A stretch of 64,000 bases of DNA from Acidobacteriota bacterium. GTDB taxonomy: Bacteria; Acidobacteriota; Vicinamibacteria; Vicinamibacterales; UBA2999. Below the pieces are notes generated by a model. It made no database searches, had not been told where the DNA came from, and was given only the letters and a program-made list of their open reading frames with translations. Location of the stretch: the NCBI GenBank assembly GCA_027622905.1, contig JAQBVV010000001.1, forward strand, positions 2,111 to 66,110, read 5' to 3'. Position 1 is the stretch's first letter. The number at the start of each line of letters is the position of its first letter. Shown here in pieces: positions 1-11,067 of the stretch. The translations under genes and the position numbers were made by a program.

Positions 1-435
1 TGACAGGTCCGAGGGCATCTTGTCGTACTCGCGACCCAGGCCGACCTGCGTAAGCAGATGGCTCGCCCGCGAGCGGATCTCGTCGTTCGCGAGATCCGAG
101 TGCCTGCGGAGCGGGAACGCCACGTTTTCGCCCACGCTGATCGAGTCGAACAGCGCCGCGTACTGAAAGAGAAATCCGATCCGTTTGCGGACCCGCGAGA
201 GCTCCCGACTCGACAGCCCGGTAATGTCTTCTCCTTCGATCAGGACGCCGCCCGTGTCCGGACGGATCAGGCCGATGATGGTTTTCAGCGAAACGCTCTT
301 CCCCGTGCCGCTCCGGCCAAGGATGCAGATGCTTCGCCCCGCCTCGATGGTCAGCGAGACATCGTCGAGCACCTTCCGGGTTCCGAACGATTTACTGACG
401 GCTCGGAGTTCCACCGCCGGTCTGTCGGTCGCCAT
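1..435 (-). CDS. ABC transporter ATP-binding protein, MlaF-like (partial, C-terminus beyond window edge)
   Basis: The minus-strand frame is open to the window edge. The ATG at 435-433 abuts the stop of the upstream permease. My translation MATDRPAVELRAVSKSFGTRKVLDDVSLTIEAGRSICILGRSGTGKSVSLK... contains the Walker A motif GRSGTGKS. Confidence 0.8.
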   Translation of the reverse strand, partial: MATDRPAVELRAVSKSFGTRKVLDDVSLTIEAGRSICILGRSGTGKSVSLKTIIGLIRPDTGGVLIEGEDITGLSSRELSRVRKRIGFLFQYAALFDSISVGENVAFPLRRHSDLANDEIRSRASHLLTQVGLGREYDKMPSDLS

Positions 436-1185
436 CTACACCGGATAAAAGAAGAAGATGATGCGCACGAGCAGTACATTCGCGGCAATGAGCAGGATCG
501 AGGACGCGACCACGCTCTGGGTGGACGCACGGCCGACACCCTCCGTTCCGCTGTTCGTATTGATCCCGAGATAGGAGGCCACGCTGGCGATGATGAACCC
601 GAACACCATCGTCTTGAGCGTTGCGGGAATCAGATCCGAGAACTCGATGGCGGTGAACGCCTGTCTGAAATAGGCCTGGAACGGCGTGCCGGTGATGCTC
701 GTTTCGGCGACGTACCCGCCGAACATGCCGGTGAAGTTCATCAGGCTGGTCAGCAGCGGCAGCGCGATCACGCAGGCGATGACGCGCGTGACAACGAGAT
801 ATCTGAACGAGTCGACCGCCGTGGCTTCCAGCGCATCGATCTGCTCGGTCACTTTCATGGCGCCGAGCTCCGCGCCGATGCCGGCGCCGATTCGTCCGGA
901 CAGCAGGAGGCCCGCCGTGAGCGGTCCGGTCTCCCGCACCAGGGCGATGGCGAGTCCAGCCGGAATCAACGCCTCGGCACCGAATCGGGCCAGGGATGCC
1001 CGCGTGTGCATGGAGAGCACGATGCCGACGGCAAAGCCGCTTGCGGCGATCAGCGGCACCGACCGGCAGCCGAGCTCAAAGAGCTGCCGAAGGGTCTCTC
1101 GGAACTCGTAGGGAGGTCGCACCGATTCCACGATCACCCGTCCCGCGAAACGGGCCGCCTCACCGACGACTACGAGCAGGTGCAT
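436..1185 (-). CDS. MlaE/YrbE-family ABC transporter permease
   Basis: 249-aa ORF encoding a multi-pass membrane protein with an MlaE-like core (GAELGAMKVTEQIDALEATAVDSFRYLVVTRV). It is translationally adjacent to the ATPase gene. Confidence 0.8.
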   Translation of the reverse strand: MHLLVVVGEAARFAGRVIVESVRPPYEFRETLRQLFELGCRSVPLIAASGFAVGIVLSMHTRASLARFGAEALIPAGLAIALVRETGPLTAGLLLSGRIGAGIGAELGAMKVTEQIDALEATAVDSFRYLVVTRVIACVIALPLLTSLMNFTGMFGGYVAETSITGTPFQAYFRQAFTAIEFSDLIPATLKTMVFGFIIASVASYLGINTNSGTEGVGRASTQSVVASSILLIAANVLLVRIIFFFYPV

Positions 1186-1199
1186 GGTGGAAGCCCCGT

Positions 1200-2120
1200 T
1201 CAGAACAACCGGTAGGCAACGCCGGCGCTGACGATCGTCGTATCGCCGCGCGTTGACCGTTTCTCAAGCTGCCCGTTCTCCAGCACCGTCAGGCGGAGCC
1301 GCGTGATCACGTGCCCGACAAAGACGTTCAAGGCTGTTCGACGGCTGAGGTTGTGCCAGAGTGATACGGACGGTCGCCAGACGAGGCTGTTGTCGACCTC
1401 CACCGGCAGTCCCTCGGCGGCTCCGGTCTCGGTGACCGTCAGACTGTTCCAGGCATACCCACCGACCAGCGACGCCGACAGGGACGTTCGCTCCGTCCCG
1501 ACCGTGTAGCCGGCCCCGAGCATGATCGGCTTGATCTGGACGTGCGTCAGCGCATCCGGATGATCGCCCAGCGATCGGAGCTTCGCTTGAACCCAGCCAA
1601 GTCCCACGGCCAGTCCGAGGCCCTGACCCGATCCGAGCTTGAAGAGCGGGCCGACCGAGACTCGGTGTCCCAGTTCCGCCGCGCGCGGCGCGCTCCAGCC
1701 GACCGACGCGCCGACCGCCAGCAAGCCGGGGTTGTCCTGAGGTTCCGACAACTCGACACCAGAGGCGTCGAACTGATCCGACGGTTCCTCAGACCGTGGG
1801 GACTGCGCGCCTATTTGCAGGGCGGCCTGGACGTTGACGACACCAGGAACGCCGCGCGCGATCATCACGGCTCGGTCGACCTCCGCCTGGCTCGCGACCT
1901 GTCCGGACAGTTGCGCCACGCCGAGCGCCACGCGGACTTCGATCGTGCGAGGGCCCAGATCGGGGTCGTTGACCAGGGCCGTCTTGACGCGCGCGGCTGT
2001 CTGCGCATCGGAGATGGCCATCGGATCCACGACGGTGCGGCATCCGGCCCCGCCAGCGACCACCGCCATGCAGACGAGCATTCTCGCGACGAGCGTCAGA
2101 GACCGCCTCAATCGAGTCAT
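1200..2120 (-). CDS. BON-domain protein with a C-terminal outer-membrane beta-barrel-like region
   Basis: 306-aa ORF. It has an N-terminal signal/Cys (VVAGGAGC) and a BON-like segment (TAARVKTALVNDPDLG...LSGQVASQAEVDRAVMIARGVPGVVNV). The C-terminal half has an alternating hydrophobic pattern and ends in ...VSAGVAYRLF, a terminal aromatic typical of OMP beta-signals. Confidence 0.65.
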   Translation of the reverse strand: MTRLRRSLTLVARMLVCMAVVAGGAGCRTVVDPMAISDAQTAARVKTALVNDPDLGPRTIEVRVALGVAQLSGQVASQAEVDRAVMIARGVPGVVNVQAALQIGAQSPRSEEPSDQFDASGVELSEPQDNPGLLAVGASVGWSAPRAAELGHRVSVGPLFKLGSGQGLGLAVGLGWVQAKLRSLGDHPDALTHVQIKPIMLGAGYTVGTERTSLSASLVGGYAWNSLTVTETGAAEGLPVEVDNSLVWRPSVSLWHNLSRRTALNVFVGHVITRLRLTVLENGQLEKRSTRGDTTIVSAGVAYRLF

Positions 2121-2124
2121 GTCG

Positions 2125-3270
2125 TCAACCTGTCTGCTTGACCGCGAACGGCCTGCTGGCTTCGCCGAAGTATACCGACATGTGCGGGAACGGGATCTCG
2201 ATTCCCTTGGCGTCGAACGTCTTCTTGATGCGTCTCAGGAGCTCGCGACCGATCGCCCACTGCTTCAGCGGCACGGTCTTGATCCGGACCTTGATGGTCA
2301 CCTGCGAGTCCTCAAGGGCATCCACGCCCAGGATCTCCAGCGGCTCGAGAATCGAGTCCTGAAAGGCCGGATCGGCGGCAAGTTCCGCGCCGACCTCACG
2401 CAGCGCATCGGCGACAGCATCGGTGTCCTCCTTGTACGCCACCCCGACGTTGACGACGTAGTACGAAAAATCTTTCGTGCGATTTGCAAGGGTCTCGACA
2501 GAGCCGTTCGGGAAGACATGCACGACGCCCTCCAGATCCCTCAGCACGATCGTCCGAAGGTTGATGGCTTCGACCAGACCACCGGTACCATTGATCGTCG
2601 CAACATCGCCGACGCGCACGTGGTTTTCCAGTATCAAAAAGAATCCAGCGATCAGGTCCTTCACCAGCGTTTGCGCGCCGAAGCCGACGGCCAGGCCGAG
2701 GATGCCGGCGCCCGTGAGGATCGGCACGATATCGACGTTCAGTTCCCGGAGCACCATGAGCGTGGCCACGGCCGTCAGGAGGACAGTCAGGAGGTTCTGC
2801 GCGAGCCGGGCAAGGGTCTTGGCGCTCTTGGCGCGCTCTGCGGCCTCAACCGCAGAGGTACCGCGACTCAGCTCGGCTTCGAGGCGTTTCGCGGCCGAGG
2901 CGATGACGCGAATGAGCAGATACGTCAGCAGCGTGATGACGACGACGCGCAGTCCCGATCCGAGCAGCCAGGCCGTCAGCGCTTCTGGCGCGAGTCCCCA
3001 TGAAATCTGCATACCGGCCAGACGGAGCGCCGGCGGAGCAAGGGCGAGAACGGCAGCCAGGAAGACCACCGCCCGGGTGACGCGAATCGGGCCGTGTACG
3101 ATCGGGCTCTGAAAGTTCCTGGCCTCATCGCCGCCCGTGACAGACACCAGCACTCGCCGGATCACCCGAGCCGCGATCTGGGCGACGATGTACGCGACGA
3201 CTGCGACGACGAGCAGCACGATGCTGAGCGTCGTCCAGTTCTCGACTTGGCCGATCAGGCTATCCAACAT
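2125..3270 (-). CDS. Mechanosensitive ion channel, MscS family
   Basis: 381-aa ORF with N-terminal TM helices followed by an MscS core (LIAGFFLILENHVRVGDVATINGTGGLVEAINLRTIVLRDLEGVVHVFPNG). Confidence 0.85.
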   Translation of the reverse strand: MLDSLIGQVENWTTLSIVLLVVAVVAYIVAQIAARVIRRVLVSVTGGDEARNFQSPIVHGPIRVTRAVVFLAAVLALAPPALRLAGMQISWGLAPEALTAWLLGSGLRVVVITLLTYLLIRVIASAAKRLEAELSRGTSAVEAAERAKSAKTLARLAQNLLTVLLTAVATLMVLRELNVDIVPILTGAGILGLAVGFGAQTLVKDLIAGFFLILENHVRVGDVATINGTGGLVEAINLRTIVLRDLEGVVHVFPNGSVETLANRTKDFSYYVVNVGVAYKEDTDAVADALREVGAELAADPAFQDSILEPLEILGVDALEDSQVTIKVRIKTVPLKQWAIGRELLRRIKKTFDAKGIEIPFPHMSVYFGEASRPFAVKQTG

Positions 3271-3482
3271 CGTCAGTTTTCTCGCTATTCAGGCGCACCC
3301 CCGCACCCCATCAGTGCTGCACATCATTGCATTCTAATTGGCCGTCGCGGCACCAGACAGCACCGGATTCCCGTCTACAGGTAGTCTTGCTGGTGTCGGC
3401 GACGGATCCAGAGACGCGGTGGCGCCACCCGAAATGCGGCTCAGCCGTCCCGGTCAGCGAGACCGGTGACCCAGAGCCACGG

Positions 3483-4175
3483 CTACCCCAGTTCGTCGTG
3501 CAGGAACGCGACGACCTTCGGCCAGATCTGCGCAGCGAGGTCCGCGTTCAGCGTCCCCAGCGCATTGTGCGGTGCCATGAAGGCATGGCCGGTTCCGGGG
3601 TGGACCGTCAATGTGACGTCTTTCCCCATGGACGTGAGCTTGGCCTCGAGCGCGCGAGCGGCCTCCGGAGGGAAGAAGCTGTCCTGCTCGGCCATGTGGC
3701 CACGCACTGTCGCGGTCAGCCTGGACCAGTCCGGCTCGGTGTCGCCATGGGGGAACCCGTAAAACGGTACAACCGCTGCGACCTTGTCCGGACGATTCGC
3801 GGCAATCAGGAAGGCCAGCATGCCGCCCATGCAGAACCCCATGACGCCGATGTTCTGGCCCGTCACGGCGGGATGCCCGGAGAGGTAGTCCACCGCACCG
3901 CTCATGTCACGACCGGCCCTGTCGGGCGGGAGGCTCTGCATGAGCTCACCGGCCTTGTCCATTTCGTCGTGCCCCGCCAGCTCTCCGTGATAGAGATCTG
4001 GTGCGAGCGCGACGAAACCGGCGGCGCCGAGGCGATCGGCCATTTCCTTGATGCCCGAATCAAGGCCCCACCATTCCTGTATGACCAGGACGCCCGGACC
4101 GGTACCGCTGGGGGGCGTCACCAGGTACCCGGACGCTGTATGCCCGTTGACGGGGAACTCGACGGTGTCAGCCAT
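3483..4175 (-). CDS. Dienelactone hydrolase family protein
   Basis: 230-aa ORF with the GVLVIQEWWGLD motif and the nucleophile elbow GVMGFCMGG typical of DLH-fold hydrolases. Confidence 0.85.
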   Translation of the reverse strand: MADTVEFPVNGHTASGYLVTPPSGTGPGVLVIQEWWGLDSGIKEMADRLGAAGFVALAPDLYHGELAGHDEMDKAGELMQSLPPDRAGRDMSGAVDYLSGHPAVTGQNIGVMGFCMGGMLAFLIAANRPDKVAAVVPFYGFPHGDTEPDWSRLTATVRGHMAEQDSFFPPEAARALEAKLTSMGKDVTLTVHPGTGHAFMAPHNALGTLNADLAAQIWPKVVAFLHDELG

Positions 4176-4210
4176 GGGTGTGAGGATAGCCGATCACATG
4201 CCGTGTGTCT

Positions 4211-4942
4211 CTACCGGGCACGCTGCAGTCTCTCCAGGACATCGACCAGCGCGCGGCCGCGCTCCAGGGCGCCCCGCTCTTCAAGGAGTTCCTGGCGAAT
4301 CGATGGATCGATCGGAAGGTACTGGGCCAGCTCGTCCACGACCTGTTCGTCGGGAACACCCGCCGGTGGCTGCACGATGCCGAGCCGGTCGGTCATCGCG
4401 AGCAGCAGGGACTCCAGTTCCTGGCGAACCTCGCCGAGCGCTGCGGTGTCCTGGTCGTTCAGGACCTCCTCCATCGGTTCCACGCGGGCCAGACGGTAGA
4501 TCCGGCTGTCGTCCTCCTCGTCGAGCACGCGAAACTTCACCAGGCCGCCAAGCACGATGTTGAACTCCCCGTTGGGAAGTGCTTCAAAGTCGGTGATCAG
4601 GCCGGCACACCCGATGGCCTCGATCGGGGGCCGCCCTTCATAGTCAGCCTCGAAGCCCGGTCGCAGCGTCGTCATGCCGATGAGACGGTTGCCCTTCATT
4701 GCCTCGACGATCATCGTGCGATAGCGCGGCTCGTAGATCCGGAACGCATGTGACGCGTTCGGGAAGAGCGTGGCGCTCGGGAGCGGAAAGATCGGAATCG
4801 TCTCGGGCAACCCGCCGGTCATGACCGGGGCGTCACCCGTGGCCGTCGTCTGTGCCGCGAGAGTGGCGGGCGTCGCCAACGAACAGGCAAGCGCCATGAC
4901 CCAGATTCCGATCATCGAGAATCGTGTCGTCGTCATGGCCAC
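4211..4942 (-). CDS. LON N-terminal (substrate-binding) domain protein with predicted signal peptide
   Basis: 243-aa ORF. The IPIFPLPSATLFPNASHAFRIYEPRYRTMI segment matches the LON N-domain start. The N-terminus MIGIWVMALACSLATPATLAAQ looks like a signal peptide. Confidence 0.7.
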   Translation of the reverse strand: MAMTTTRFSMIGIWVMALACSLATPATLAAQTTATGDAPVMTGGLPETIPIFPLPSATLFPNASHAFRIYEPRYRTMIVEAMKGNRLIGMTTLRPGFEADYEGRPPIEAIGCAGLITDFEALPNGEFNIVLGGLVKFRVLDEEDDSRIYRLARVEPMEEVLNDQDTAALGEVRQELESLLLAMTDRLGIVQPPAGVPDEQVVDELAQYLPIDPSIRQELLEERGALERGRALVDVLERLQRAR

Positions 4943-4997
4943 AGGGTACGCGATCGCCGCGGCGATCTACACACCCCGACCGCGGGCGAAGGCCACG

Positions 4998-6332
4998 TCA
5001 GTGCGTCAGGTCGCTCGTGCTCGTTTCCCGCGTGGCCAACACGCCAGCCAGCGACAGCAGCGCCGCCGCGGTGAGGTAGTAGCCGACGTACTGCAGGCCG
5101 TACGTGTTGGCGAGCCACGTGGCGATGTACGGCGCGAGTGACGCGCCGAAGATGCCAGCCAGACTGAAGGCGAGCGAGCTGCCGGTGTATCGCGCGTTCG
5201 TGGGAAAGAGCTCCGACAGGATGGTCCCGAGCGGGCCGAAACTGAGCCCCATCAGGCCAAGTCCGATGCTGACTGTCAGGACCGCGCCCGTGCGGCCGGC
5301 GAGGAACAGTGGCCCCATCACGAGGCCGAAGAGCGCCATCGCTATCGACGATCCGATGAGCACCCGCCGCCGTCCCCCTTCCGCCAGGACCGCGGCGATC
5401 GGAATGGTTGCCGCGAGGCACACTACGCCGACCAGCTGGATCCGCAAGAACTCGTCGCGTGTGAACCCAAGTTCAGCCGTGCCCCACGCCAGCGTGAAGA
5501 CGGTCATCAGATAAAACGTCACGAATGTCGCGAGGGCGGTGACCGTGCCTGTGAGGAGCGCGCGCGGATGGTCGCGCAGCACGGCGAGCATCGGGACCCG
5601 CACGGGGACGCGGTCGCCGAGCGCGGCGGCGAACACCGGTGTTTCAGTCAGCGCCAGGCGCACGTAGAGGCCGATGATGACGAGGGCGGCACTCGCCACG
5701 AATGGTATCCGCCACCCGAACGCCAGGAATTGATCGTTGGTCAGGAAGTTCGAGAGCGCGAGGAATACGCCGGTCGAGATGAGGAACCCAAGTGGGGCGC
5801 CGAGCGGGGCGAACATGCCGTACCACGCGCGCTTGCCCGGCGGCGCGTTCTCGATGGCCAGCAGCACGGCGCCACCCCATTCGCCCCCGAGGCCGAGCCC
5901 CTGCCCGAAGCGGCAGATCGCCAGCAGGATGGGTGCGGCGAGACCGATGGAGGCATACGGCGGCAGGAGGCCGATCGCCACCGTGGAGCCGCCCATCGTC
6001 AGCAGCGCCGCCACCAGCGTCGTCTTGCGTCCCACGCGGTCCCCGAAGTGGCCGAAAAGGGCTGCGCCCACGGGTCGGGCGAGAAAGGCGATGCCGAAGG
6101 TGGCCAGCGACGCCAATGTGGCTGCAGCCGGGTCCGATGCAGGAAAAAAAAGCACCGGGAAGACTAGGACGGCCGCCGTACCGTAGATATAGAAGTCGAA
6201 GTACTCGATCGTCGTACCGACGAGGCTTGCGAACAACACGTGCCGCGCACTGTTGACCGGGGCGATGGTGCTCGAACTGGACATGGATGCTGTGGTTCCC
6301 GATGGCGGTTCGGTGCGCAGGCCCCCCGACAC
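4998..6332 (-). CDS. MFS transporter, metabolite:H+ symporter (MHS) type
   Basis: 444-aa ORF with about 12 TM segments and MHS-like motifs (GTTIEYFDFYIYGTAA, GHFGDRVGRKTTL). The start could be a downstream ATG. Confidence 0.85.
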   Translation of the reverse strand: MSGGLRTEPPSGTTASMSSSSTIAPVNSARHVLFASLVGTTIEYFDFYIYGTAAVLVFPVLFFPASDPAAATLASLATFGIAFLARPVGAALFGHFGDRVGRKTTLVAALLTMGGSTVAIGLLPPYASIGLAAPILLAICRFGQGLGLGGEWGGAVLLAIENAPPGKRAWYGMFAPLGAPLGFLISTGVFLALSNFLTNDQFLAFGWRIPFVASAALVIIGLYVRLALTETPVFAAALGDRVPVRVPMLAVLRDHPRALLTGTVTALATFVTFYLMTVFTLAWGTAELGFTRDEFLRIQLVGVVCLAATIPIAAVLAEGGRRRVLIGSSIAMALFGLVMGPLFLAGRTGAVLTVSIGLGLMGLSFGPLGTILSELFPTNARYTGSSLAFSLAGIFGASLAPYIATWLANTYGLQYVGYYLTAAALLSLAGVLATRETSTSDLTH

Positions 6333-6520
6333 GCAGCGTACGCCCGTCCCCTAGATGGCCCCCCGGGTTGCGAGCACCGCAGACTACAATGACGGGTGTT
6401 GAATGTCACTCTCACCCGGACACTTGGCCGACTCTCTCGCGTTGTGCGCATGCAGTTTCTTCTAAAAACACTCCTCGCGCTCGGCTTCGGCCTCGCCACG
6501 GCCGCCCTCCTGTGAAGCCA

Positions 6521-6620
6521 GAGCGCTTTTCGTTTCGGTCTAGGGCTTCTCGCAGGGGACAGGCCTTTTCGAAAAGCGCTTTCCCGCGTTTTTCGGTCTC
6601 CATCGAATCGAAGAACGCTC
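6521..6620 (+). repeat. Copy 1 of a ~100-nt dispersed palindromic (MITE/REP-like) element
   Basis: gagcgcttttcgtttcggtctagggcttctcgcaggggacaggccttttcgaaaagcgctttcccgcgtttttcggtctccatcgaatcgaagaacgctc. It aligns along its full length with the copies at 23641, 34011 (reverse) and 56598. Confidence 0.9.
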
Positions 6621-6700
6621 CAGGCGACAGGCGCTTTTTGTACTGGCGCGATCCGGTCTGTGTGACGGCGTGCGCCACGTACGTCGTGTATCACTGGCTG

Positions 6701-7126
6701 ATGCCAGCGGTGGGCGTTACACCGTTGTGGAACGGACACGTCACTGACGTCTTGCTGATTCCGGCGGGGCTTCCGTTCTGGCTGTGGCTGGAGCGCCGCC
6801 TGGGCTGGCGCGACGATGACGGCGTGCCCCGGTGGCGCGAGGTGGCGTTCGCGCTCGTGACCTGGACCGTCGCGGCCGAACTGATAGCCCCCAGGCTCTT
6901 CTCGCAGGCGACGGGCGATGTGTGGGACTCGGTAGCCTACGCCGGCGGAGCGGTGATTGCGGGTCTTCTGTGGCGTCCTCCGTGCCCAGAAGCGAAGGTG
7001 GCATCGGGTCGAAACAATTGCGTTGAGGTGACGGGGCCGGATAAGATTCTCTGTTGTCCCCGACGCGTGAGACTCGACATGGACCGCTGGCCACGGCCGA
7101 TCTCGGTGATCTCGGGAGCGAAATGA
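6701..7126 (+). CDS. Small integral membrane protein (resembles short proteins often auto-annotated as magnesium citrate secondary transporter)
   Basis: This is the in-frame ATG within ORF 6287..7126, chosen because the upstream part of that ORF overlaps the repeat and the MFS gene. The sequence TDVLLIPAGLPFWLWLERRLGW...VTWTVAAELIAPRLFSQATGDVWDSVAYAGGAVIAGLLW is hydrophobic and helical. Start (alternative GTG at 6662) and function are uncertain. Confidence 0.45.
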   Translation: MPAVGVTPLWNGHVTDVLLIPAGLPFWLWLERRLGWRDDDGVPRWREVAFALVTWTVAAELIAPRLFSQATGDVWDSVAYAGGAVIAGLLWRPPCPEAKVASGRNNCVEVTGPDKILCCPRRVRLDMDRWPRPISVISGAK

Positions 7127-7196
7127 GTCGCTCGTGAAAGTGTGCGTGCGGATCATACGGTAATCACGCTCGGCGGTAAGGACAGATATCAACCAT

Positions 7197-9278
<2,082 letters not shown>

Positions 9279-9436
9279 GTTCATTTTCAAGAGTCGCCCT
9301 TTCGACGCCGATGTCGAGGGGGCGGCTCGATCTTCCCCTCGTCTCGTAACCACATTTCCGTCGCAGATGAACCTGCCTGCGGAGGCCTGGTCAGCGATAC
9401 CGATCCGACGCGCGGCGGTACCAGGCTCGCGGCGAA

Positions 9437-9454
9437 CTCACATCGCGATGTGAG
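9437..9454. promoter_or_regulatory. Perfect 18-bp palindrome abutting the Shine-Dalgarno of the HPF-like gene
   Basis: CTCACATCGCGATGTGAG is its own reverse complement. It is followed directly by caGGAGGcaaccATG (ATG at 9467). Confidence 0.4.
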
Positions 9455-9466
9455 CAGGAGGCAACC

Positions 9467-9805
9467 ATGCAAGTCCTGGTAAGGACCGACCACAACATCG
9501 AAGGCCGCGAGGCGCTGGCCGATCGGATCACGGACGTCGTGGAGCGCGCCCTGACTCGAGTCAGGGACCGCATCACACGCGTGGAGGTCCACCTGAGCGA
9601 CGAAAACAGCGACAAGAAGGGCGGTGGCCTGGATATGCGCTGCGTCATCGAGGCACGGCTCGAGGGTCGACCGCCGGTCGCCGTGACGGATCACGCCGCC
9701 ACGATGGACCAGGCGGTCAGTGGCGCCACCCACAAGCTGGCTCGCTCGCTCGATCGCGTGTTCGGGCGGTTGCACGACAAGCGGAGTCGCGGCTCCGAAA
9801 AGTAA
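9467..9805 (+). CDS. HPF/RaiA-family ribosome-associated protein (short form)
   Basis: 112-aa ORF. MQVLVRTDHNIEG...RITRVEVHLSDENSDKKGGGLDMRCVIEARLEGRPPVAV..HAATMDQAV fits the sigma-54 modulation/HPF fold pattern. A strong SD precedes the start. Confidence 0.65.
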   Translation: MQVLVRTDHNIEGREALADRITDVVERALTRVRDRITRVEVHLSDENSDKKGGGLDMRCVIEARLEGRPPVAVTDHAATMDQAVSGATHKLARSLDRVFGRLHDKRSRGSEK

Positions 9806-9827
9806 AGGGTCTTTCGGTGGGTCGCCG

Positions 9828-10823
9828 TCAGGGCGTGCGCTGTCGCGGGTAAAAGTACAGCGTGGCCGGAATCGACTGACGCTCTTCGCTGAGCGTGAAG
9901 TACCCGCTGCCGTCGGCGGCCCATGCGATCGCCTCCCCTTGAGGCTCGGGGACATAGGGCAGGGCTTGGTACGGACGTGCGAACAGCGCCTCGGCGGCCG
10001 AGCCGCGCCGCCAGTAGTAGACCGCGGTATAGGTCTTCAGGAGCACCTCAAGGCCGGAAGGTGCGATGTCCCCACCCACCGCACCCTGGCCGGCGGCTGG
10101 CAGGCCGGGTACGCTCGGCAGCGACAGCGTCCCCGAGCGTTCCATCTCGATGATGTCCGCAGTCGAGATAGGCGCAGCGGCACGGTAGACCGAGGCGTCG
10201 GTGCTGCGCTTCGTGACCACGTAGAGGTCGCCCGTCAGCGGATCGACGAGCAGGGTCTCCGCGTCGGACGGAGCGCCAGGATAGCGAAGCGCAATCCTCG
10301 ACACGCCGGTCAGCGATGTGACCGAAGGCGCCTGGTCCGTGCTCACGGCGGGCTCCGCCACCCGGTAGACGTACTTCACGTCGTGTTGCGAATCGTTGTC
10401 GCCAATGTCGCCAGCATAGAGATAGTCCACCCCGGCGTCGGGGCCGGGGCCGATGGCGAGATCCTCCCAGTCGCGGGCCTCGGCGCCGCTCAGGGTAAAG
10501 ACGCCCAGATGTCGGCCGTCGGTCGTGAGCGCGTACAGATGCGGCCCATCCCCGGAGTCATTGTGCGTCCAGAGGACGCCAGGGTGGGCGCGACTGGCGA
10601 CCAGGCCGGAGGCCTCCCGAAGCGGATCGTGCTGCACGACGCCCGCCGGCGTTGGACCCCCGAAGCTCACCTCATCCTGGGGGGCAGCCACGACGTCCAG
10701 CGACAGTGCACCCGGGCCGAGCGCATCCGGCGGGAGCGCTTGCTGGGAGGCTCGCGCCTCGCAGCCCCACGCGGCCAGGCTGAGGCCCAGCAGCGAGAGG
10801 GCGATGGGGGGCAGGACTCCCAT
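9828..10823 (-). CDS. Secreted hypothetical protein, beta-propeller-like (conserved EASGL / HNDSGD / DWEDLA / GDIGDN motifs)
   Basis: I chose the internal ATG at 10823 because it begins a signal peptide (MGVLPPIALSLLGLSLAAWG). The motifs recur in a widespread family of uncharacterised secreted proteins. Confidence 0.65.
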   Translation of the reverse strand: MGVLPPIALSLLGLSLAAWGCEARASQQALPPDALGPGALSLDVVAAPQDEVSFGGPTPAGVVQHDPLREASGLVASRAHPGVLWTHNDSGDGPHLYALTTDGRHLGVFTLSGAEARDWEDLAIGPGPDAGVDYLYAGDIGDNDSQHDVKYVYRVAEPAVSTDQAPSVTSLTGVSRIALRYPGAPSDAETLLVDPLTGDLYVVTKRSTDASVYRAAAPISTADIIEMERSGTLSLPSVPGLPAAGQGAVGGDIAPSGLEVLLKTYTAVYYWRRGSAAEALFARPYQALPYVPEPQGEAIAWAADGSGYFTLSEERQSIPATLYFYPRQRTP

Positions 10824-11067
10824 CAGGCTGACGCTACGCGTGGTCGTGGCACGTGATTTAGACGGCCGTCTCCCCTGGTGGTGGCCCATTGGGCCCCATG
10901 GTAGGCGGAAGTAGTGGTACGAATAGGTTCTTGCGACTCTGGCCGGCAATGTATAAAGTCCGAGATAATCAGAAGTGGCGTACGCGCCTCGGCTCGAATG
11001 GCGCCACCTTTGTCGCGCCCGACAGCGGATTGGGTGCGGAGCAAACAACTCTACTCGGGAGGTCAGA

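Noticed and set aside
58-1215. A 385-aa plus-strand ORF covering the mlaE/mlaF region. Similar long ORFs include 1834-3003(+), 3327-4499(+), 16460-17473(-), 17343-18836(-), 21695-23572(-), 28671-29798(-), 38357-39529(-), 43473-44516(-), 60129-61388(-), 61400-62587(-) and 62056-63114(-).
   Set aside because: All lie antisense to, or out of frame with, genes that have clear family signatures. Their translations are Arg/Gly/Pro/Ala-rich and low in complexity, as expected for shadow ORFs in GC-rich DNA.
9291-9328. An imperfect long hairpin after hppA (GAGTCGCCCtTTCGAC-gccgat-GTCGAgGGGGCGGCTC) as an intrinsic terminator.
   Set aside because: No U-tract follows it and the stem has mismatches. It may still be a terminator in this GC-rich organism, but I cannot support the call.
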